Assembly (NCBI GenBank): GCA_030649735.1
Contig: JAUSFL010000042.1
Coordinates: 1-37,577, forward strand
Reading direction: 5' to 3'
Length of the DNA: 37,577 nucleotides
From: Candidatus Iainarchaeum sp.
GTDB taxonomy: Archaea > Iainarchaeota > Iainarchaeia > Iainarchaeales > UBA10191
The notes under the pieces are model-generated. The model did no database searches and had not been told where the DNA came from. It saw nothing but the letters and a program-made list of their open reading frames with translations. This document shows positions 32,318 to 37,577 of the stretch, one piece after another. The translations under genes and the position numbers were made by a program. How positions within the stretch are numbered: the stretch's first letter is position 1; each line of letters begins with the position of its first letter.

Positions 32318-32892
32318 TCGATTTCTTCCAATTCAGCCATTCCCTTGCTGATCAGCAGTTTTGCGACCTTGTAAGGCAGGTTTACTGCTTGCTGGTCTGA
32401 AAAAGGCCCGTACTCTTTCAAGTTCGCTCCCACAAATGACGGAACGCCTTTCAGGATTTTCACTTGGACGAAATTCAAGTCTTGCTTTTGCTTGGGCTTT
32501 TCGCCGGAAACTGAATTTCCATTTCCATTGGAGAAGATTTCCTCAAACAATGCCTGGTGCTTTTGCATTGCCGCAAGCACAGTACGGAAAAGCTCTTTTT
32601 CCTGCAATGCCATTCTTTCCTCGCTGAATTCTCCAGTGTGCAATGCGCTTAATACTGCATTAAGCAGTTTTTTCTGGCGAATGCCAAAAAACTCTTCAAG
32701 CATTTTTTTCAGATTGCTGAATTCTTTCGCCCTTGAATTGCCCAAGTCCTTTAATGAATCCAAATACTTGTTTTTTTCTTCCTTTGCGAACTCGTTCAGT
32801 AAGTTGTAAAAGTCTTCAGGCAGTTCCACTGGCTTGGAAGTGTTTTTTTCCAGGCGGTAAATTCTCCTTAACTCATCGTAATCAATTGGCAT
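32314..32892 (-). CDS. gins15: GINS complex protein, Gins15/Gins51 type
   Basis: YDELRRI..EK..LPEDFY A-domain and C-terminal B-domain VPSFVG..YGPF..VNLP..LISKG. Lies downstream of priS. Confidence 0.88.
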   Translation of the reverse strand: MPIDYDELRRIYRLEKNTSKPVELPEDFYNLLNEFAKEEKNKYLDSLKDLGNSRAKEFSNLKKMLEEFFGIRQKKLLNAVLSALHTGEFSEERMALQEKELFRTVLAAMQKHQALFEEIFSNGNGNSVSGEKPKQKQDLNFVQVKILKGVPSFVGANLKEYGPFSDQQAVNLPYKVAKLLISKGMAELEEIE

Positions 32893-32903
32893 AAACTTCA
32901 CTT

Positions 32904-34121
32904 TCAAACAAGCCTTGCAGATTTTCTCGCAAGCAAGAATACTGCCGCAAATTCGGGCAATTCAATTTCCTGATTTTCCATTTCTGGAAACCATTCGCCC
33001 CCCAAATAAAACTTTGGAGTTCTTTCGACAAATACTTTGACTGGATTTCTTGAAAAAACTATTGTTTCCTTCAAGGCGTCAAAGCCTTTTAATGAATCCA
33101 AAGGCAGGGTTTTTGCCAAAAGCCCTGTGCTGCCGTGCAATGTTTCAGGAACCCTGACGATTTTCACCAAATCAATGGAAGTTTGCCTGTCAATTTTCAA
33201 CTTTAGGCTTTCGGCGCTGCTTTCAAGAAGCAGTTTCCAGAATTCGCGGCTTTTTTTCCCAAAATCAAGAAGCCTTCCCTGCTCGAAGTCTTGCAAGAGC
33301 TTTTCTTTCTGCTCTAAAAGCCCTGCCGCCTCTTTTTCGCGCAGGTTCGTGACAGAATGCAGACCGAAAGCGTCAGCGCTTTCAATAATTTGCCTGGTTC
33401 TTTTGATTATTTTTTCCTGCCAGCCTTTTGCCTTTTGCAATGCGACTCCTGAAAGCTTTTGCTTTCCTGAAAGAAATCCCAAAAGCTCTAAATTCAGCTC
33501 GTGGCCTGTCAGGTAATTCAGCAATTCAACTCTTCCGGCCTGCGGAATTCCAAAAATTTTTTCAGAGCGCAAGTGAATGTGAAAGCCCTTGCTTCCAGAA
33601 AAATTCAATGAAAGCCCTTCCCCAAACCCAAAATCGTTTTTCAGCCATTCAATCAATTCCAACGCCTGCTTTTTGACTGCCTCAAGGCATTCTGGACAGA
33701 CCCATTCGTCAATTGCAGTTTTTTCCCCGCAGGAAGTGCAGTACTGCTGCCTTCCTGTTCCAGTCAAGCCGCATTTTGAGCACTTCCACAAAGTGTGCTT
33801 TTCAGCGCACGGGGTTTTGAAATCGTCAGCGTCAAATTCCCAAAGCAAGTCAGCCCCTAAAAAATGCTTTGCCTGCATTGGCTGCGCTTCGGGAAACTCG
33901 TAATGCGCCGGACTGCATGAAGCGTAAAACGGCACTTCATTCCGCAAGAAATTGTTGAAGTCCTGCAAGGTTTTGAATGCAAAATGCCTTTCAGATATTT
34001 TCTTGCCAAAAATTCCAAATCCAAACTCCCTTCGTTCAACAAAGGACGGCTCGTTCACGAAATTGCTTGAGTAATGCTCGTGGAATTTTCTTGCAACGAA
34101 TTCCTCTTCTTTTTCATTCAT
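32904..34121 (-). CDS. priS: DNA primase catalytic subunit with zinc-ribbon insertion
   Basis: RREFGF, DLLWEFDAD, FSGSKGFHI, ID..T.D..RVPETLHGSTG motifs. Confidence 0.95.
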   Translation of the reverse strand: MNEKEEEFVARKFHEHYSSNFVNEPSFVERREFGFGIFGKKISERHFAFKTLQDFNNFLRNEVPFYASCSPAHYEFPEAQPMQAKHFLGADLLWEFDADDFKTPCAEKHTLWKCSKCGLTGTGRQQYCTSCGEKTAIDEWVCPECLEAVKKQALELIEWLKNDFGFGEGLSLNFSGSKGFHIHLRSEKIFGIPQAGRVELLNYLTGHELNLELLGFLSGKQKLSGVALQKAKGWQEKIIKRTRQIIESADAFGLHSVTNLREKEAAGLLEQKEKLLQDFEQGRLLDFGKKSREFWKLLLESSAESLKLKIDRQTSIDLVKIVRVPETLHGSTGLLAKTLPLDSLKGFDALKETIVFSRNPVKVFVERTPKFYLGGEWFPEMENQEIELPEFAAVFLLARKSARLV

Positions 34122-35164
34122 TTTCCCGCCTCCGTTTGCTCATTTTGCCCGGCGCTGGAAAACTTTTGCGACTTGAAGATTTTTCTCCGGTAATACATCA
34201 GCGGGTTTTTTATTCCAGGGCAAAGGGCGCCGTTTTGAATACACAACCCGTAAGAGCGCATTGTGTTGCAGGATGCGGGAGTGTATTTTTTTCCCTTGCT
34301 CATGCGGTCAATGTGGTAAGTCGCTGTCCTTTCGTCATAATTTGGGGCTTTCTTGAAGGCTTCAAGGATTTTGTCGCGCGGCATGCTTATTGCAATCAGG
34401 AAAGTCGCTAGAGTGAAGTTTCCCAAGTGGTTTAACTGCTGGCCTGAATTCAATCGCGAGTAAAGCTCTGAAAAGCAAGGCGGAAAATTCTCGACCTCGA
34501 CTTTTCCCTGCAATGCCTCTACAAGGATTTGCTTTTGCTTTGAGGAAATTTCATTGAAGATTTCTGAAGAAATTTTCTTGAAAGAATCAGGGGTTTTTTT
34601 CACGTCCACTGGAAGGCTTTGGAAAACCTTGAGCTTTACTGCCTCTGACAAGAACCTCGCAAACTCCAGCTGCGTCAGGAACAATTTTCCTTTCAAAAGC
34701 TTTTGGTTTATCAAGTGCATTTGCATTGCAGACTGCGGGATTTTCAAGAACTGCACGACCGGAATTGACACAAAGAACTCTTTCTCTTCAGGCAGTTCGA
34801 AAGACAATGAAAGCTCTTGCGCAAGGTCAAGCAAAACCTCCGACTTTTCCAGTTCCAGGCGATTGAACGCGTTTTCTGAAACAAACACGGCAAACCTTTC
34901 AAAATACGAGGAGTTTTTTGAAAAGGAAAGCAAAATCTTGGCGACTGGAAAAGCCAGAATTTCATTCAGTATAAGTTCAGAGCTTTCCTGAGCCAAAGGC
35001 TTGTATTCCTTGCCAGTCAAGGCATTCAAAAGCATTAGCTTTGCCCTTTGCATTACAGCGCTTGGAACATTGTCTAATGAAAGATTCGAGTTTTTGACAG
35101 CCATTTGGGCTGTTTTTGAAAACTGGTAATACTGCGCAAAGCGAAGCTCTGAAACAGGAAGCAT
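34118..35164 (-). CDS. priL: DNA primase large subunit
   Basis: FPPC, LNH, APNYDE, PASC..C..C..IKNPL Fe-S domain. ATGA overlap with priS. Confidence 0.93.
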   Translation of the reverse strand: MLPVSELRFAQYYQFSKTAQMAVKNSNLSLDNVPSAVMQRAKLMLLNALTGKEYKPLAQESSELILNEILAFPVAKILLSFSKNSSYFERFAVFVSENAFNRLELEKSEVLLDLAQELSLSFELPEEKEFFVSIPVVQFLKIPQSAMQMHLINQKLLKGKLFLTQLEFARFLSEAVKLKVFQSLPVDVKKTPDSFKKISSEIFNEISSKQKQILVEALQGKVEVENFPPCFSELYSRLNSGQQLNHLGNFTLATFLIAISMPRDKILEAFKKAPNYDERTATYHIDRMSKGKKYTPASCNTMRSYGLCIQNGALCPGIKNPLMYYRRKIFKSQKFSSAGQNEQTEAGK

Positions 35165-35306
35165 GAGCTAATTTTGGAGGAAAAACCTTAAAACCAGCTT
35201 CTAGGCAAGAATTCCGCTGACGAGCGGAAATCTCGCGCTTGCAAAATGCCTTAAAAGCAACGCCAGTAAAACAATTTATGAAAGAAAGCACCAAATGCAT
35301 TAAAAA

Positions 35307-35320
35307 TATAGCCGGCTATA
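35307..35320 (+). promoter_or_regulatory. Palindromic operator candidate of the RHH-MazF operon
   Basis: Perfect 14-bp palindrome TATAGCCGGCTATA between a TATA-like TTAAAAAT and the GTG start at 35329. Confidence 0.55.
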
Positions 35321-35328
35321 ATTATTGC

Positions 35329-35544
35329 GTGTCTACATTAAGTGCCGACGTCACTTCGCAAATGGTAAATTGGATTGACGCCAAAGTAAAAAGCGGTATG
35401 TACAAGAGCAGGAGCGAAGTCATTAGGGACTTGCTTAGGGAGAAAATTGGGGAAGAAAAATACTCCAGGGCGGCCTTGTCTGAAAGCGTTTTGAGAAAAA
35501 TCTGGAACAATGAAAAAGACAGCATTTGGGAATCCTACTTGTGA
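35329..35544 (+). CDS. Ribbon-helix-helix (CopG/ParD-like) antitoxin
   Basis: WIDAKVKSGMYKSRSEVIRDLLR RHH pattern and an LSE..L.K.W...D..W tail. Start reassigned to GTG 35329. Confidence 0.82.
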   Translation: MSTLSADVTSQMVNWIDAKVKSGMYKSRSEVIRDLLREKIGEEKYSRAALSESVLRKIWNNEKDSIWESYL

Positions 35545-35549
35545 ATTTT

Positions 35550-35876
35550 ATGAACCAATTAAGCGTTGTTTTGGCAAGGTTTCCATTCACAAACCAAATA
35601 GACTACAAAATAAGGCCAGTGGTCGTGATTTCAAACAGCAAATTCAATGGCGCGCACAATTTTTGCTGGGCATGCCCAATAACATCGAAAGCCTCTTTGA
35701 AAGAATTCGAGCTGGAAATTAGCAAAGCAGAATTTACAGGCGAATTAAAAACGCAAAGCTTCATCAGGACTGACACAATTGCATCAATGGAAAAAGAGCT
35801 GTTCTTGAAAGAAATCGGAAAAATCACGCCGACGCTTTTTGAAAAATTGAAGAAAGAGTTAATAAAAAACCTGTGA
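35550..35876 (+). CDS. mazF: PemK/MazF-family endoribonuclease toxin (alternative start GTG 35541)
   Basis: FPFT..KIRPVVVISN, CPITS and S.IRTD motifs. Directly follows the RHH gene. Confidence 0.9.
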   Translation: MNQLSVVLARFPFTNQIDYKIRPVVVISNSKFNGAHNFCWACPITSKASLKEFELEISKAEFTGELKTQSFIRTDTIASMEKELFLKEIGKITPTLFEKLKKELIKNL

Positions 35877-35900
35877 AAAACATTGCAAAAAAGCACAATC

Positions 35901-36623
35901 CTAAAGTATCATGTGCGCCAAATAAAATTCAATAGTGCTTTCGCCAATCTTGAAACTTGCCTTCATTGGCGCGTCGCTTTTCAATTCTAGGACAACAGTG
36001 CTTTCGTTGTCTGCTTCCTTGATTATGTTTTGCAGAAAATTCAGGCTGTACTTGCTCACCACTTCAGAATTCGCGCTCACCATTGTGTTTGTTGTTTCCT
36101 TGGTCACTGTCTTTAAAGTCCCTTGGGAGCCGCGCGCTTCAATGGTGAACAGGTTGGCTTTAGCCCTTAAAATCACGCTGCTTCCAAACAGGCCGGCATC
36201 CTTTAATGCTTCCTTGAGAATGCGCGCGTTGATTGTGACTTTGGCGTCAAATTTCGGGGTTGGAATATTCACTTCTTCCTCATTAATGTCAATTAAAGGC
36301 AACTTGAAGGAACGGCTTAATTCGCCTTCAAACTTAACGAGCATTTCGTTCTCGTCAATGTTCAATTGCATCCTGTCGTTCGGCAAAGAACGCTGCATTA
36401 TCTTGTTCAATTCTGACAAGTCAACGCCGACAAACAATGGCTCAATGTCGTACTTGTCAAAAACATTCTTTGCAACGCTGTAATTCACAAGGACAATTTG
36501 CGAAGGGTCTATTGCCTTGAAAGAAAACCCGCTGGTTGAAAAGCGAAAGTTTCCTTCATTAATGAAAGCGGCAATTGAGTTAATCGCCTTTTGGAAAAAA
36601 ACAACGTTCTTCAGTTCAATCAA
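35901..36623 (-). CDS. pcn: DNA polymerase sliding clamp PCNA
   Basis: AIDPSQIVLV, FKLPLID, SKYSLNFL, DAPM and FYLA motifs. About 240 aa. Confidence 0.95.
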   Translation of the reverse strand: MIELKNVVFFQKAINSIAAFINEGNFRFSTSGFSFKAIDPSQIVLVNYSVAKNVFDKYDIEPLFVGVDLSELNKIMQRSLPNDRMQLNIDENEMLVKFEGELSRSFKLPLIDINEEEVNIPTPKFDAKVTINARILKEALKDAGLFGSSVILRAKANLFTIEARGSQGTLKTVTKETTNTMVSANSEVVSKYSLNFLQNIIKEADNESTVVLELKSDAPMKASFKIGESTIEFYLAHMIL

Positions 36624-36683
36624 GGAAAACCATTCTCCATTCTTTAAAGCACAATTGATTAAAGTGCAAAGGTTTTTTTAAAG

Positions 36684-37577
36684 CTAATCTGCCCGCTTGG
36701 CTTTAAAGCCAGCCAAAACAACAACTACGGCAAAGCACAGTAGCACTAAAGGCAAAGGCAGTTCCGGCACATTGGCCTGCTTTTGCTTTACAATAAAAGA
36801 CTTTTCCAAAGTTCCCAAATATATGAACGGGCTTGCCCGCCTTTCAAGAACTGCCACGGCAGAATAATTCCGCCCTTCCTCAAAATCCCGCAGGCAAACT
36901 TCTCCCGCAGTGCAGTTTGCCGGAATTTTGAATGAAAAAATCTTTGTTCCGCTTAATTGCTGAAATGGAGTGAGATTATCCATGCTTGCCGCAATGTCTG
37001 TTCCCTTGCTGTCCTTGACTGTCAAAAGCATGAATCCAGTCCAGCCCATGTCGATTCCATTGTTTTTGACAGTAATTTTTACTGTCAAATCGCCTTTTTC
37101 CTTGTCAACCAGTGTCCCAACATCTTTTGAGTTTTGAAAAAAATTTATTCCAGTAATTTCAACAGAAGGGCCTGAAACTATGACAGTCAATGTTTCTGTT
37201 TTTGGCACGGCTGTCGAGATTGTTGCCTGAAACTTGTAAGTTCCAGAATCAGTGAAATTCGCGGTAATTTTTGGAGTTCCAGCGTCTGCCCTGCCAAAAA
37301 AATTAACGCCTGTGAAAGTGATTCCAGTTCCTTTAAGCGAGGCAGTATTGCAAGGCGTTGACAAAGTTGACGTTCCAGGAGTGCAGATTAAGCTCGCTAT
37401 ATTGTCGCAATTGCTGCCGCTAATGCACTTGAAAGTGATTGATTTTGGGGCTCCATCGTCAGAAATGTTCCTTATTGAAACATCCAATCCGTTTCCAGCA
37501 AGGATATTGCTTTTGCCGGTTGCGAATTTCAAATACTGGCCTGTTGGAGAAGTTTTCAAACCCATAATCCCCCACAT
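36684..37577 (-). CDS. C-terminal part of a cell-surface protein with a PEF-CTERM-like sorting signal (5' end outside the window)
   Basis: Thr/Gly/Ser-rich beta domains and Cys pairs, ending NVPELP plus TM helix plus basic tail KAKR. Confidence 0.75.
   Translation of the reverse strand: MWGIMGLKTSPTGQYLKFATGKSNILAGNGLDVSIRNISDDGAPKSITFKCISGSNCDNIASLICTPGTSTLSTPCNTASLKGTGITFTGVNFFGRADAGTPKITANFTDSGTYKFQATISTAVPKTETLTVIVSGPSVEITGINFFQNSKDVGTLVDKEKGDLTVKITVKNNGIDMGWTGFMLLTVKDSKGTDIAASMDNLTPFQQLSGTKIFSFKIPANCTAGEVCLRDFEEGRNYSAVAVLERRASPFIYLGTLEKSFIVKQKQANVPELPLPLVLLCFAVVVVLAGFKAKRAD

Noticed and set aside
35217-35245. CTGACGAG...GAAA resembling a hammerhead ribozyme core
   Set aside because: No stem II closing onto GAAA and no stem I/III with a cleavage triplet can be built. 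The bases fit a simple hairpin better.
507-36483. Numerous 60-200 aa ORFs antisense or out of frame to the called genes (e.g. 521..1141, 2697..3158, 8311..8805, 14067..14543, 35935..36483)
   Set aside because: They lie wholly within well-supported genes, have the Phe/Ser/Leu-rich composition of antisense shadows, and show no motifs.

Overview
A gene-dense archaeal chromosomal segment. Archaeal-type uL16/L10e, aRF1, aIF2-alpha, PCNA, PriS/PriL, GINS, Dph2, Mre11 and a Methanococcus-type S-layer are present. Gene content and style suggest a DPANN archaeon, possibly Iainarchaeota/Diapherotrites (inference). It carries about 45 CDS, one tRNA-Cys(GCA), two type II toxin-antitoxin pairs and an S-layer/glycosylation cluster. 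I saw no CRISPR array, rRNA or transposase. The most interesting signals lie below the ORF-track size cutoff. (1) A 32-aa leader peptide ending in 10 Asn codons out of 14 sits directly upstream of an atypical, non-discriminating-type AspRS, with mutually exclusive hairpins that can hide the aspS Shine-Dalgarno (SD): a candidate Asn-tRNA-sensing translational attenuator in an archaeon. (2) A short uORF is in frame with release factor aRF1 and separated from it by one UAG plus a hairpin (candidate termination-sensing autoregulation). (3) Two tandem, unannotated 40/42-aa paralogous peptides share a C10/C40 pair. (4) A 14-16-bp non-palindromic motif recurs inside unrelated genes. (5) The conserved N-terminus of cysE lacks a canonical in-frame start. 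All family calls come from motif recognition, not from database searches.
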